DNA of 64,000 nt from an uncultured virus (IMG/VR IMGVR_UViG_3300037189_025930) (Duplodnaviria > Heunggongvirae > Uroviricota > Caudoviricetes), in IMG/VR virus record IMGVR_UViG_3300037189_025930, one strand, 5' to 3'. The notes under the pieces are model-generated. The model was not told where the DNA came from, ran no database searches, and saw nothing but the letters and a program-made list of their open reading frames with translations. A program made the translations under genes and the position numbers. Below, in pieces: positions 1 to 11,579 of the stretch (position 1 is the first letter of the stretch; each line of letters starts with the position of its first letter).

Positions 1-43
1 AACTCTAAATACTGTTAATCTTAGGATATATAAGGAAATATAA

Positions 44-313
44 ATGCCAATATCAATATCTAGAGGAATAAGTTTAAATTCAAGTGGGAGTTATTCTGTA
101 TTAAAAGAAATAATTTTTAGTGAAAGATCAACTTTTAATAATTCTGTAGCATTCAACAGTTCAGGGACGTTTAATAACGTTAATACTTTTAATAGTTCGG
201 GAACTTTTAACGGTGTTAATACTTTTAATGGAGATGTAAAGTTTACAAAAACTATTTCAATACCATTAAGTTCTGGTACAAGTATAACTAATGGATCAAT
301 ATGGTTAACGTAG
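44..313 (+). CDS. small tail-fibre-like protein with 6-aa TFN repeats
   Basis: STFNNSVAFNSSGTFNNVNTFNSSGTFNGVNTFNG periodicity; AAGGA upstream; ends in NGSIW as in fibre motifs. Confidence 0.5.
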   Translation: MPISISRGISLNSSGSYSVLKEIIFSERSTFNNSVAFNSSGTFNNVNTFNSSGTFNGVNTFNGDVKFTKTISIPLSSGTSITNGSIWLT

Positions 314-314
314 A

Positions 315-1277
315 GTGCCTCTTAATTATAGAAAAAATAATATAAATTATAATATTCAATATTATGATAATATAAGTGATTTAAATGGTCCTTCTATTAG
401 ACAAGATAGAAGATTTAACATAGTTGTAAATGGACAAACTAAATATATTGGTTTAGTTAGTAGCGGACATATACAATCTAGTGATATACAAACAAGAACT
501 AATAATGAAAATTTAATATTAGCAAAACAAAGTAAATATGATAATACAAAAAGTCAATGGCTTAATTATCAACAACCAGAAGGATTATCTTATCCTTCTA
601 ATTATGTGATACCTCAAGTTTCTACTTCTGTATCATACACTCCTACTTTAACAAGTAATGGAGTAGGAGCATTAACATATAGCATTTCGCCTTCTTTACC
701 TTCTGGATTAAATTTTAATACATCTAATGGAATTATAAGCGGAACTACTCCTAGCGCATCAAATGATAATACATATACGATAACAGTAAATAATACTTTT
801 GGTAGTTCTTCAACAACTATTAGAATAAGAATTGTACTTAAATATTTTACTATAACTGCTTCTTCTTATGATAGTGGTGCAGCTCTTCTGTATGGATTTG
901 ACGATGTTGGAATAACGACTAATGATGCTGGCGGTTTATATGGTTCTATAAGTGATTCTGCTTTTAAATCTCTCAGAATAAGAGTGTTGAGTTATAGAAA
1001 TCAAAAAGCATATACATATAAACAAGTACGTATGATGTTTTTTTATTATCCTCAAAACTCTAATCCTGATTATACTTATTTAATTTCAGTAAGGGACAAT
1101 AAAACATCTTTTTTTTCAAAAATAGATATTAATAATGGAAGTAACATTCTTTACTCTAGTCAAACTACTACAGGAATAGACGGTTTTAATGATTTTGTCG
1201 GAGTATATTTTGATTGGAATGATATATATCCTAATAATATTTTTCCATCAGGAAATTATCCAATTATAATTGAATAA
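315..1277 (+). CDS. virion protein with putative Ig (He_PIG-like) domain
   Basis: TYSISPSLPSGLNFNTSNGIISGT motif; tail context; GTG start. Confidence 0.65.
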   Translation: MPLNYRKNNINYNIQYYDNISDLNGPSIRQDRRFNIVVNGQTKYIGLVSSGHIQSSDIQTRTNNENLILAKQSKYDNTKSQWLNYQQPEGLSYPSNYVIPQVSTSVSYTPTLTSNGVGALTYSISPSLPSGLNFNTSNGIISGTTPSASNDNTYTITVNNTFGSSSTTIRIRIVLKYFTITASSYDSGAALLYGFDDVGITTNDAGGLYGSISDSAFKSLRIRVLSYRNQKAYTYKQVRMMFFYYPQNSNPDYTYLISVRDNKTSFFSKIDINNGSNILYSSQTTTGIDGFNDFVGVYFDWNDIYPNNIFPSGNYPIIIE

Positions 1278-1388
1278 AAAATTTCAAAATAATATTTAAA
1301 AAATAAAACTTTAATCTTTAGAAAGTTTTATATCAATTACAAAAATTATAAAAATAAAAACAGTAATAATAAGAAATATATATTAGAT

Positions 1389-3530
1389 ATGCCAGTTACA
1401 GTTAATAAAAAAGTAATAATAGAATTACAGCAATTATATGATAACTATATAGAAAGTTATGCTGGTATATATGGTGATAATTGGTATGTTAGAGCAGGTA
1501 TAGCATCACCTTGGACTTCTTTAGCAGTAAACGAAAATAATGGACATATGTTAGCAGTTAGTAATAATTCAGATTCAGCAACAAATAGTTTTTCTTATTC
1601 TAATGATGGAGGCATCACTTGGACAGGTATTAATAGTTCTGCTACTTCTCCATCAGGAAATACTAATCAAGTTTGGAAAACCGTAACATATGGTAACGCA
1701 AAATTCGTAGGAATTTCTGCTTCTGGAGTTAACGTTTCTAGAGTTTTTTATTCAACTGGAACTAGTACATCTACTGCTCCAACATTAGCAACACATTTTA
1801 ATTATATTAATTCACCTCAAAATAATAATTGGGAATCAGTCACTTATGGTAATGGTTATTTTGTAGCAGTATCTAATTCTGGAACTAATAGAATCATGAC
1901 AAGTAAAGATGGAATTACTTGGAATTTAATTACTACCCCAAATAATGGATCAGTTTCTTGGGAAAGCATTACTTATAGTTCTGATTTAAAGATGTTTTTA
2001 GCTGTTAGTAGAGATGGTACTAATCGCGTAATGTTTTCTAAATATAATGGTAAATCTTGGACAGTAGTAGTTGGACCATCTCCACAAGGAGTGCTAAATT
2101 CTGTAGTTTGGAGTCAAAAATTAAATGTTTTTGTTGCTGTTGGTGATTCTGGTTTTGGTGCTATTTCTACTAATGGATCTGTATGGAATAGAATTTCAAT
2201 AGCAAATACAAGTCTTAATTTATCATCTATTACATGGTCACAAGAATTAGAAATGTTTGTAGTAATATCAAGTAGTACGAGCAATGGTGTAACTAAAAAA
2301 ATATTTACTAGTGTTGATGGAATAAATTGGTTTATAAGAAATAGTGGAACCGATACAACATCATTTATTAGTATTGTTTGGAATAGATTTTATGGAACTT
2401 TTATAGGAATTTCAAATGTTGGTACAAGTAATAGAATAGTATTAACAAAATCAATAGGAACAGATGTTCTTTTAAGTAAAAATAATTATTTAACAATTGA
2501 TGACAGATTAAATTATTTTGATTATACAATAAGTAATATATCAATAACTATTGGGACTTTAGTAGAAGTTTTTCCAATGATAAATGAGGAATATGAATTT
2601 ACATATATATTAGATACTAGCATATATTCATCTTTACCATCTGGACTATCTTTAAATCCTTTAACTGGCGAAATCAGCGGAGTACCAACTGCAGAACAAG
2701 AAAATAGAACATATACTATAAGAGCAACTAATGAATTAAATAGAATCATAATTTCAATAATTAATATTAAAATATCTTCTTCTTTAGAAAATATCAATAA
2801 TTTTATATATCCAGAAACAATATTAGCAAAAGATTTTAGTGATAATTTATTTACTTTAAAACCAAGTTTCAGTGCTGGAAATAATATTGGTTTTAGTTCT
2901 CCATTATTACCATCTGGAGTAATTTTAGATTCTACATCTGGATTAATTACTGGTAATTTATCTTCATATTTACCATTAACAGAATACACTATTACTGCTT
3001 CTAATTCAAAACCATCAACATCAGATTTTAAAATAAAGATAAGTTGTGATATACTAAAAACAAATATAACAGTTGGTGAATTTTATATATTTTCTAGTAT
3101 AGATACTATAAATAATCGTATCGAAGATTTTTTTAATTATAGTTTAGGTTATATTTCTAAAGGATCTTATTGTAACGCTAACTTTGGACCTAGCAGAGGT
3201 TTATTATCAAAAAATTTCTTTTTTAATTCGGTTGGATCATATATACCCGAATCAATCTTAGGAATAGTATTATATAGAAAAGTAAAAAAATCAGATAATA
3301 CAGCTTTAAATTCTTTTTTAGTTTTTGAAGTAAAAGGTAATTTAACTAGTGTTTCATTAAATTGGAATAAAATAACTTTTAGAAATAATGTTTATTTAAA
3401 AAATACAGCAACGGTTTTTTATAATTCTTCTACAGATTCAACAGTATATATATTTAATAATCAAATAACTAATCCATATTTTTATCAAAATGGATATACG
3501 GAAATAATTATCAACAATGCGAGTTCTTAA
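1389..3530 (+). CDS. receptor-binding/tail protein: BNR-type beta-propeller plus 2 He_PIG-like Ig domains
   Basis: repeated W-x-S-V-x-Y-G-N-G-x-F-V-A-V and SxDGITW motifs; LPSGLSLNPLTGEISG. Confidence 0.7.
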   Translation: MPVTVNKKVIIELQQLYDNYIESYAGIYGDNWYVRAGIASPWTSLAVNENNGHMLAVSNNSDSATNSFSYSNDGGITWTGINSSATSPSGNTNQVWKTVTYGNAKFVGISASGVNVSRVFYSTGTSTSTAPTLATHFNYINSPQNNNWESVTYGNGYFVAVSNSGTNRIMTSKDGITWNLITTPNNGSVSWESITYSSDLKMFLAVSRDGTNRVMFSKYNGKSWTVVVGPSPQGVLNSVVWSQKLNVFVAVGDSGFGAISTNGSVWNRISIANTSLNLSSITWSQELEMFVVISSSTSNGVTKKIFTSVDGINWFIRNSGTDTTSFISIVWNRFYGTFIGISNVGTSNRIVLTKSIGTDVLLSKNNYLTIDDRLNYFDYTISNISITIGTLVEVFPMINEEYEFTYILDTSIYSSLPSGLSLNPLTGEISGVPTAEQENRTYTIRATNELNRIIISIINIKISSSLENINNFIYPETILAKDFSDNLFTLKPSFSAGNNIGFSSPLLPSGVILDSTSGLITGNLSSYLPLTEYTITASNSKPSTSDFKIKISCDILKTNITVGEFYIFSSIDTINNRIEDFFNYSLGYISKGSYCNANFGPSRGLLSKNFFFNSVGSYIPESILGIVLYRKVKKSDNTALNSFLVFEVKGNLTSVSLNWNKITFRNNVYLKNTATVFYNSSTDSTVYIFNNQITNPYFYQNGYTEIIINNASS

Positions 3531-3533
3531 AAA

Positions 3534-6413
3534 ATGCCAATTAAATTAAATGTATCTTTAAATGAAGATGATGAAACTCTATATAATAACGATATAAAAA
3601 CTTTTTCTGGATATTATTTTGATACACTAACTAATAAATCAGTCGCTGACGTATCTTGGTCTTCAATTGCTGTTAATGAAGGTAATGGATTTATGATAAT
3701 TAGTTCTACAGGTACAAATGGAACTAGTACATTAGCATACTCATCAAGTGGTGGAGAAGAATGGATTAGTATATCTCTTAATACTACAGGTAATACTAAT
3801 CATAACTGGAAAGGCATTACTTTTGGAGATAATAAATTCGTAGGAATTTCTGCATCTGGAACCACTAATGTTTCAAGGACTTTTTATTCTACATCTGCTA
3901 CACCAACTTTAACAGCTAATTTTAATTATAATAATTCACCTCAAAATAATAATTGGGAATCAGTCACTTATGGTAATGGTTATTTTGTAGCAGTAGCAAG
4001 TTCTGGAATTAATAGAATTATGTATAGTCAAGATGCTATTAATTGGACAATAGTTAATCAAATAGAATTAAATTCAGTATCTTGGAAAAGTATATGTTAT
4101 AGTTTAGATTTAAAAAGATTCGTAATTATAAGTAATGATGGCTCAGGTAAAATTGCTTATGCTGATTTTAATCCAGAAAAATGGACTTTAGCTTTTTCTA
4201 GAGAATCATCAACTAACAATATTATAAATGGTGTTTTTAATAACGTTATATGGATTTCTAAGTTAAAAATATTTTTAACAGTTGGTAATTCTGGAATAAT
4301 TTTAAAATCATTCAATGGTCAAATTTGGACTAACGTTCCTTCACCAAACGCTAATAATTTTCAATCAATAATTTGGAGTCAAGAATTAGAAATATTGATT
4401 TTAATATCAAGTAATGGAACTGGAGCAAATAAATCTTTTACGACTTACAATTTAGATAATCCTATTGCAACTAATATATGGACAACTCGAAGTTTACAAT
4501 ATAGCGGAACATCTTGGATCGCTGGAACTTGGAATAGAAAATTTGGTAGTTTTATAATTATAGGATCAGCTGGATCAGCTGCTGAGAAAATTTTAACATC
4601 AAAAATTTCAGGACAAAGTCATTTTTTAGAAAAAAAATATTATTATGATTTAATTAAAACCTCTAATTTATTAAAATTTGAATATACAAATCCAAATATA
4701 ATATCAGCTAAATCAGTTGCATATAAAAGTTATCCTCTAATAAGTGAAATTTATGGCTTTAAATATTTTACATTTGATCAATTACCAACTGGAGTAACAT
4801 TAAATCAAAATACTGGTGAAATAATTTGTCTTGCTACATCTATTCAAAATAAAAAAACTTATAATATATACGCTAAAAATGATACTCAGACTTTAACGTG
4901 TGAAATAAGCATAACTATTTTTGATTCAATTAAAACTTTATCTGAATTAACCTATTCTAACAACACTGTTGCTACTGATTTAATAGATTTATTAGATATA
5001 TATCCAATCCTTAGTCAAGGAACAAATTATTCTTTTAGTTATGAAGTTATAGGAGCATCTAATATAGGATCATTACCAGAAGGATTAGAATTTAATTCTT
5101 ATTCTGGAGTAATCAAGGGAACTCCAAAAAATATACAACCAACACTTTTTTATAGAATTAAAGCAACAAACTCATTAGGTAATATAACTAAAGATATTAG
5201 AATTACTACATACATTTTAAAAACAAGTATTCAAACAGGAGATGTTAGAGGAGATATTTCTCTTAATGGACAATGGGAAGGTTTTGTATCTTCTTTTTTT
5301 AATGATTCAAATATAACTGGTGGAAAAATAGAAAAAAATTATTTCTATAATTTTAAAGGAGAATTAATTTATAATGGAATTTTAACTTTAGCAATAAAAA
5401 GAAGTTTCATTATTAATAATGGAATTGGATCATACAAAAAACAATTATTTTTTACAATTGATGGCGATTATAATTTAGATAATTGGGAATCAATAACTAT
5501 TGAGTTTTATATTTTTTTAAAATCTAATTCTAATAGAATATATAATAAAGAAAATGATTATACTCAATTTATTTGGGAATTAGATGATAATATAAGATAT
5601 TTTACAAAAAAAGATAATGAATTATACATAACAGGAAAATTAAGTAGTACATCAATACCAATAATTATTCCTCCTTCTGATTTAAATTATACTATACCTA
5701 GCTTATTATTATCAGGAACACAAGTAGAATATAAACCAACACTGTCAGTTGGATTCGCAACTAATTATATTGTTTCTCCAGATTTACCAACAGGTATAAA
5801 CATAAATAATTCTAATGGAATAATTAGTGGAAATACTCCATATATATCTAGTTCTTCAAATTATACAGTTTCAGCAAGTAACCAGGCTGGAATCACTACT
5901 AAAAATATTTCTATAAGAATAGCATACTCTAATGCAACATTAACGACAGGATACTCAGAACAGATTAATGTCGGTTCTCAAAGTTATTATCAAGAAGGAT
6001 ATATTAATAGCAATTATGGTTCTTTAGATAAAACATCAGTTGGAGTTCATACAATTATAGCATTTTACTATGATTGGAGTAGTGATGGATATGGTCCAAC
6101 TTTTAAATTATGGATTTCTGGTACATCTTTTTTTAACGAAAGTTTATTAAAAAAAATAACAATAGGCAATTTAGCAACTCTAACTAAAGATTCTACTTTT
6201 GATCCTCTTACTGGAAGAGGATATATTTATGATGAAAATTCTTATATAACGTCTGGAGGTAATGGAAGTACTTATTATACATATTTTTCTTGGTTTTTTA
6301 GCGACGGCGCTTTTCAAACTGGATCTGAAGCTATTGAAGATTATGGATGGGATCTTTTTTCTACTAGAACCCCATCTTATGTTCCACAAACAATTTCTTT
6401 CATAATTGAATGA
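3534..6413 (+). CDS. receptor-binding/tail protein paralogue: beta-propeller plus 3 Ig-like repeats
   Basis: clear paralogue of 1389..3530; LPTG/LPEG-x-NxxxGxIxG repeats. Confidence 0.7.
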   Translation: MPIKLNVSLNEDDETLYNNDIKTFSGYYFDTLTNKSVADVSWSSIAVNEGNGFMIISSTGTNGTSTLAYSSSGGEEWISISLNTTGNTNHNWKGITFGDNKFVGISASGTTNVSRTFYSTSATPTLTANFNYNNSPQNNNWESVTYGNGYFVAVASSGINRIMYSQDAINWTIVNQIELNSVSWKSICYSLDLKRFVIISNDGSGKIAYADFNPEKWTLAFSRESSTNNIINGVFNNVIWISKLKIFLTVGNSGIILKSFNGQIWTNVPSPNANNFQSIIWSQELEILILISSNGTGANKSFTTYNLDNPIATNIWTTRSLQYSGTSWIAGTWNRKFGSFIIIGSAGSAAEKILTSKISGQSHFLEKKYYYDLIKTSNLLKFEYTNPNIISAKSVAYKSYPLISEIYGFKYFTFDQLPTGVTLNQNTGEIICLATSIQNKKTYNIYAKNDTQTLTCEISITIFDSIKTLSELTYSNNTVATDLIDLLDIYPILSQGTNYSFSYEVIGASNIGSLPEGLEFNSYSGVIKGTPKNIQPTLFYRIKATNSLGNITKDIRITTYILKTSIQTGDVRGDISLNGQWEGFVSSFFNDSNITGGKIEKNYFYNFKGELIYNGILTLAIKRSFIINNGIGSYKKQLFFTIDGDYNLDNWESITIEFYIFLKSNSNRIYNKENDYTQFIWELDDNIRYFTKKDNELYITGKLSSTSIPIIIPPSDLNYTIPSLLLSGTQVEYKPTLSVGFATNYIVSPDLPTGININNSNGIISGNTPYISSSSNYTVSASNQAGITTKNISIRIAYSNATLTTGYSEQINVGSQSYYQEGYINSNYGSLDKTSVGVHTIIAFYYDWSSDGYGPTFKLWISGTSFFNESLLKKITIGNLATLTKDSTFDPLTGRGYIYDENSYITSGGNGSTYYTYFSWFFSDGAFQTGSEAIEDYGWDLFSTRTPSYVPQTISFIIE

Positions 6414-6434
6414 AAAAAAAATTAAATATATAAT

Positions 6435-8861
6435 ATGGGATTAAAATTAAATAAAAACCTAGATAATATAAATTTATCTTTATATTCTAACAATATAAAA
6501 ACCTTTTCTGGATTTTATTCTGATAGTTGGGGTGCACAAACGTCTACTTCAGCAGTATGGAATTGTTTAGCAACAGATGGAGAAGGATTAGTTATAGCAG
6601 TTGGAAATGGAGGTATATTAAATTATTCAAAAGATGGTGGAAATTCTTGGACTTTAATATCTGGTTTAACATCTAATACTTGGAAAAGTATAGTATATGG
6701 AAATGGAGTTTTTGTTGTAGTTGGAGAAGGCATAACTAATTATATCATGTATTCTACATCTAATAATCCTATTTTATCAGCTAATTGGAGTATATCTGTT
6801 ATTATTAAAAATAGCGTAGGAAACATAGTAACACCATCAGTTAATTGGCAAGATGTTATATATACTGGTGGAACTAATGGGTTATTTGTGGCAGTTGCTA
6901 ATACTGGCACTGGAGAATTTGCTTTTAGAAGATTAATTATATCTCGTGACGGAATAAATTGGAGAATAGAAACTCCTCCTTTTGAATTTTTTTCAACAAC
7001 TAATAGTTTAAAAACAATTACTTATGGAAATGGAACACTTGTTGTCGCTAGAAGTGCGGTTTCAGATTCTGCTTCTAAATTATTTTTTTCTAATAACGAT
7101 GGAAATACATGGGGAGTTTGTACAAGTGATTCATCTATAGACGTTAAAAGTACAACTAATGATTGGATAGATTCAGCATATTCTCCAAAATTAAATTTAT
7201 TTATATTAATTGGAAATGCTGGCTCTCAAAGATTAATTTATAGTGAAAACGGTATAATTTGGTCAAATATTGGTGTTTCAAGTTTTATTAATACTTATAC
7301 TTGGACAGCAATAACTTGGAGTTCAGAACTTGAATTATTTATAGCAATTGATGGAGCAAATAATATTTTTATGACATCAGTTAATGGCAAAACATGGACA
7401 TTAAGAATAGGAAGTAATTTCAGTAGTAAAGTAATATCATCAATTATTTGGAATAAAAAACACGGAAATTTTATAATGTGTTCATCAAGTACGGCATCTG
7501 CTTCTAATATTTTTAATACTAAACCATTAGGTATAGATACTTTATTACAACCAGAATATTATTTTAATAGAACACCTTTAAAAGAATTTAATTATCAAAA
7601 TCAAATATTAAGATTTTATAAAGATGCTGATTTTGGAGTAAAACCAAATATAAATATTAATGTTAATAATACATATTCTATAAATACGCCTTTTCCTAAT
7701 GGAATCAATTTAAATCCTCAAAATGGTGTAGTATATGGAAAAATTACATCGTTAACTATTTCTACAATAGAAAGAATAATTACTGCTACTAATAATTCAA
7801 CAAATGAAAAATTAGAATCAAGCATAAAAATAGAAGTTCCAGTAGGAAATATAGAATTAAATACTTTTAAATATACAACTAATAAAACAAATTATACCTC
7901 TACTCCTAATAATTTTATTTTAGATAGAGATAATCAAATAGTAGAATTAATACCAACAATAAATGATGGAACTGTAATTAGACCACTTTATTTTAGAATT
8001 TCTAATGCTGCAGGAAAAAGTCAATTGCCAAACGGTTTATCTTTAGATCCTAGTACTGGCATAATATCAGGTAAAATGAATAATTCTGATACTGTAACTA
8101 TAAATAGTATAGATATTATTGCATTTAACGATTTTGATAGAAGTATAACAGTAACAATTAATTTAAGTTTTAGATCATATTTTAATGTAACAATTAATTC
8201 AACGTCAAAACAAGCATTTATATACTTCTATAATTGGACTAGAAAAGAATTAGAATGGATACCTATTCAATGGTTAATAGGTGGAATAATGACTTGGATA
8301 ATATTTCCAATACCTAAAATTGTAACAACTAAAGAAGGTTGGGGATGGGATTATCAATTTTTAGGATATTTAGATTCAAATTATTCAAATAATCACAGTA
8401 TAATATCAAATAAAAATAATTTAATATCATACGGAATAAAATATAAAGATAAAAAATTAATTGCTTTTTATTTTATAGATATTCACGTTGATGAAGAGAT
8501 TTCATCAGAAGAGGATTCAGATGCCACAGTTAGATTTAAAAAAATACCTGGAAACACTTATCCAAAAAAAAGAGAATCTGCTTTATATATAATATTTGAA
8601 GGGGATGTCACTTTTACTAAAATAGTTTTTAAAGATCTTACAGTAAATTTTTCTGAATTAACTAAAAGTTATAATGATGGTTATAGTATTTTTACAAAAG
8701 CTTTTATTAATGTAGAAACCACAACTACAGAAAAACCTAATGAATGGGCTGAAGATGGTGAAGCATTAGGGACAACAATAACCACAACAAAAACAAGAAG
8801 ATACGCAACTGATGATAATGTTTCAAAATTACAAGGAAATCAAAGTTTTTATATCGAGTAA
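6435..8861 (+). CDS. receptor-binding/tail protein paralogue: beta-propeller plus 2 Ig-like repeats
   Basis: third paralogue with the same N-terminus (LY-x-N-x-IKTFSG) and propeller motifs. Confidence 0.7.
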   Translation: MGLKLNKNLDNINLSLYSNNIKTFSGFYSDSWGAQTSTSAVWNCLATDGEGLVIAVGNGGILNYSKDGGNSWTLISGLTSNTWKSIVYGNGVFVVVGEGITNYIMYSTSNNPILSANWSISVIIKNSVGNIVTPSVNWQDVIYTGGTNGLFVAVANTGTGEFAFRRLIISRDGINWRIETPPFEFFSTTNSLKTITYGNGTLVVARSAVSDSASKLFFSNNDGNTWGVCTSDSSIDVKSTTNDWIDSAYSPKLNLFILIGNAGSQRLIYSENGIIWSNIGVSSFINTYTWTAITWSSELELFIAIDGANNIFMTSVNGKTWTLRIGSNFSSKVISSIIWNKKHGNFIMCSSSTASASNIFNTKPLGIDTLLQPEYYFNRTPLKEFNYQNQILRFYKDADFGVKPNININVNNTYSINTPFPNGINLNPQNGVVYGKITSLTISTIERIITATNNSTNEKLESSIKIEVPVGNIELNTFKYTTNKTNYTSTPNNFILDRDNQIVELIPTINDGTVIRPLYFRISNAAGKSQLPNGLSLDPSTGIISGKMNNSDTVTINSIDIIAFNDFDRSITVTINLSFRSYFNVTINSTSKQAFIYFYNWTRKELEWIPIQWLIGGIMTWIIFPIPKIVTTKEGWGWDYQFLGYLDSNYSNNHSIISNKNNLISYGIKYKDKKLIAFYFIDIHVDEEISSEEDSDATVRFKKIPGNTYPKKRESALYIIFEGDVTFTKIVFKDLTVNFSELTKSYNDGYSIFTKAFINVETTTTEKPNEWAEDGEALGTTITTTKTRRYATDDNVSKLQGNQSFYIE

Positions 8862-8872
8862 AAGGAAATTAT

Positions 8873-10351
8873 ATGGCTCTAACAAAATTAAATTTTAATG
8901 AAGTACAAAATGCTAGTGAAACAACTACTGGTATTAATATAGATAAAACTGTTTCCTTTAAGCAACAGGTTATTTTACCAACTGTAACACCACCTCAAGA
9001 TAATGCTGTAGATGGATCTATTTGGGTAGATGAAACTACAGGTAATTTAAAAGTTAAAGTAAATTTAATAACTTATGATTTAGCTTCTAAAACTGATTTT
9101 AATAATATTACTTTAACTTCTCCTTATACTTTTCCATTAAATGGTAATGTAGGGATCGTTAATAATCTTGTAATAACTGGAACAGGACCTTCGCATACTA
9201 CAACAGTTGATTTTAGATCATCTAGTTTTGGACCAGCACAATGGTCAATTTTAGAAGTTAAAGGTGATTTAACTGTTGCATCGGGTTGTACTTTAAATCT
9301 TGTTAGAACACCGCTTATAGTTAGAGGAAATATTCTTGGTTCTGGAACTATTACTTCTCCTAATGGTACTAATGGTGGAAGTGCTGGAGTAGGAGGACCA
9401 GGTGGAGCATTAGGTAGAAATGGATATTTTATGGCTTTTAATGTAACTCCTGGTACTGGTACTGGTGAACCAGGAGGCGCTTCTCCTTCTACTTGGTCAA
9501 ATCAAAATGGAGGATCAGCCGTATCTATGCCAACAGAATATGGCATCTCTAGTGGAAGTGGTGGTCCAGGTGGTAGAGGAACAGCTGGTGGCGGTGGTGG
9601 CGGATATAGAATGTCAGCTTATGCTTCTACAGCTACTTCTGGTGGATCATCTGGAAATGGAAATCCAGGTGGTGGTGGTTATAATGAAAGACCAGAATCT
9701 ATTTATTATCTTATAATGATAAGTGGTGGAGGTGGTGGAGCAGGTGGTCCTGGAACCCCTGGTTCTGGTTCTACTCCATTAAGTATACCTCCGGGCGGTC
9801 CAGCGGCTACGGGCGTTACTGGAACTTCTGGAGGATCTGCAGGAATTTTATCTACATCTTATATTGGCATAGGTACACCTAGTAATGGTTCATCTGGTGC
9901 TGCTGGTACTTCTGGAGGAGCTGGTGGTAATGGTAATAGATATAACACTTGGTATTCACCTTCTAGCGATGATTTACCAACAGATGGTTCACAGGGCGGC
10001 AGCGGAGGAAATGGTGGTGCTGGTGGCGGAACAGGAGGAGCGCATATATCTATGTATGTAGCTGGATCAATATCTTCTTCTATAAATATTCGACCTGGTA
10101 AAGGTGGTTTAACTGGAGGAAGTACTTCTTTTGCTAGGGCTCAAACTGGGGGTCTTTGGTTGTTTACACCAACAGGTTCAGAATCAGTACCTGGAATTGA
10201 TTTAACTGGTGCTACTGGTACACCTAATGGTGCATCTGGAACCCTAAATAGGACAGCTGTTTCTGGAGTTGGAAATTTCTTTTCTGACATTTTATTTGAA
10301 GCTAGTGGTCCAACTTCAGCTAAAACTAAAGTAACTTTAACTTATCCATGA
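8873..10351 (+). CDS. glycine-rich tail fibre/adhesin A
   Basis: long GGxGG runs; MALTK N-terminus; paralogue of 11580..13058. Confidence 0.6.
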   Translation: MALTKLNFNEVQNASETTTGINIDKTVSFKQQVILPTVTPPQDNAVDGSIWVDETTGNLKVKVNLITYDLASKTDFNNITLTSPYTFPLNGNVGIVNNLVITGTGPSHTTTVDFRSSSFGPAQWSILEVKGDLTVASGCTLNLVRTPLIVRGNILGSGTITSPNGTNGGSAGVGGPGGALGRNGYFMAFNVTPGTGTGEPGGASPSTWSNQNGGSAVSMPTEYGISSGSGGPGGRGTAGGGGGGYRMSAYASTATSGGSSGNGNPGGGGYNERPESIYYLIMISGGGGGAGGPGTPGSGSTPLSIPPGGPAATGVTGTSGGSAGILSTSYIGIGTPSNGSSGAAGTSGGAGGNGNRYNTWYSPSSDDLPTDGSQGGSGGNGGAGGGTGGAHISMYVAGSISSSINIRPGKGGLTGGSTSFARAQTGGLWLFTPTGSESVPGIDLTGATGTPNGASGTLNRTAVSGVGNFFSDILFEASGPTSAKTKVTLTYP

Positions 10352-10902
10352 AAGAAATTAAAAAACCTTATAATGTATATTTAATAAAAAGAGAAAATGG
10401 AGAAGAGGAGTTAAAATTTATTCAAGGTGTTTATGATAATGATTATAAACTTTATTTAGGTCTATATATTTTAACAGACAATGAAGTTAAATTTCCAATT
10501 TTAAATTTTGAAACTGGAGAGATAACTCTAAATACTCAATTAAAAAAATTAGATGATCGTCAAAAAGCAATAGAAAATTTAAACTTATATATTGAAAAAA
10601 ATAACCAAAAAGAATCTGAAGTTTTAAAAAAAATAAAACAGTTTGAAGATAATAAAAAAAGTTTTTTATATCAAAATGATAATGATATTTATTATATAGA
10701 TTTTGAATTACACGATCAAATTAATATTTTAAGTCAAATTACACTAGGTCTTGAAAATATAAAAATAAATTGTATTAAAGGTAACGATATTAAAAAATAT
10801 ATATATTTTTCTTTAGAAGAAGCTAAAAAAATATATCTTGAATTATATAATAATTTATCTAATATAATTATTGAATCTAAAAATTCAATTAATGAGGAAT
10901 AA
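10348..10902 (+). CDS. probable tail fibre assembly chaperone
   Basis: ATGA-coupled to the fibre gene; size and position typical. Confidence 0.4.
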   Translation: MKEIKKPYNVYLIKRENGEEELKFIQGVYDNDYKLYLGLYILTDNEVKFPILNFETGEITLNTQLKKLDDRQKAIENLNLYIEKNNQKESEVLKKIKQFEDNKKSFLYQNDNDIYYIDFELHDQINILSQITLGLENIKINCIKGNDIKKYIYFSLEEAKKIYLELYNNLSNIIIESKNSINEE

Positions 10903-10904
10903 TT

Positions 10905-11537
10905 ATGAATTCTACTAATGTAAAAGATTTTTATGAGTTAGAATCTCCTGTTAAATTTAAATATAAAAATACAGACGATATTATTGTTTTTAAAAATGTT
11001 ATTAAAAAAGATGATTGTAAATTTATAATTGATACAATAGAGAATAAAGCTTCATGGGATGAAGCAACAACTTTTGGAAAAGTAGAAAATTATCGTAAAA
11101 CTCAAGTGTCATTTTTAACTCAAATTTTTGGCGCACATTCTGAACTTCTTAAAGCTCACTCAATTTTATCTTATTCATTTAAAGTTTGTATGGAACAATT
11201 AATGAAAATTTATAAATATGAATTTGATAAAAATTTAGAAACTCATATAAAATATAATGGAGATGAAGGATTTCAAGTTTTAAAATATCAAGAGGAAGAT
11301 TTTTATAAAGAACATATAGATGGTGGATTTAATTTAGAAGTAAAAAGAACTTTATCGTTTATATTTTATTTAAATGATGATTTTGTTGGTGGAGAAACTT
11401 ATTTTCCAAGACAAGATGTTTCTATATCTCCAAAAATAGGAGATGTTTTAGTTTTTCCATCTAATTACACACATCCTCACGAATCAAAATCAATTGTTAA
11501 AGGAACAAAATATAGCGCTGTCATATGGAGTTATTAA
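10905..11537 (+). CDS. 2OG-Fe(II) oxygenase, prolyl 4-hydroxylase-like
   Basis: YKEHIDG, RTLSFIFYLNDDFVGGET, FPSNYTHPHES, GTKYS: HxD...H facial triad. Confidence 0.9.
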   Translation: MNSTNVKDFYELESPVKFKYKNTDDIIVFKNVIKKDDCKFIIDTIENKASWDEATTFGKVENYRKTQVSFLTQIFGAHSELLKAHSILSYSFKVCMEQLMKIYKYEFDKNLETHIKYNGDEGFQVLKYQEEDFYKEHIDGGFNLEVKRTLSFIFYLNDDFVGGETYFPRQDVSISPKIGDVLVFPSNYTHPHESKSIVKGTKYSAVIWSY

Positions 11538-11579
11538 AAAATAAAATTTTTTTGATATTTAGATTAAAAATATAAATAT

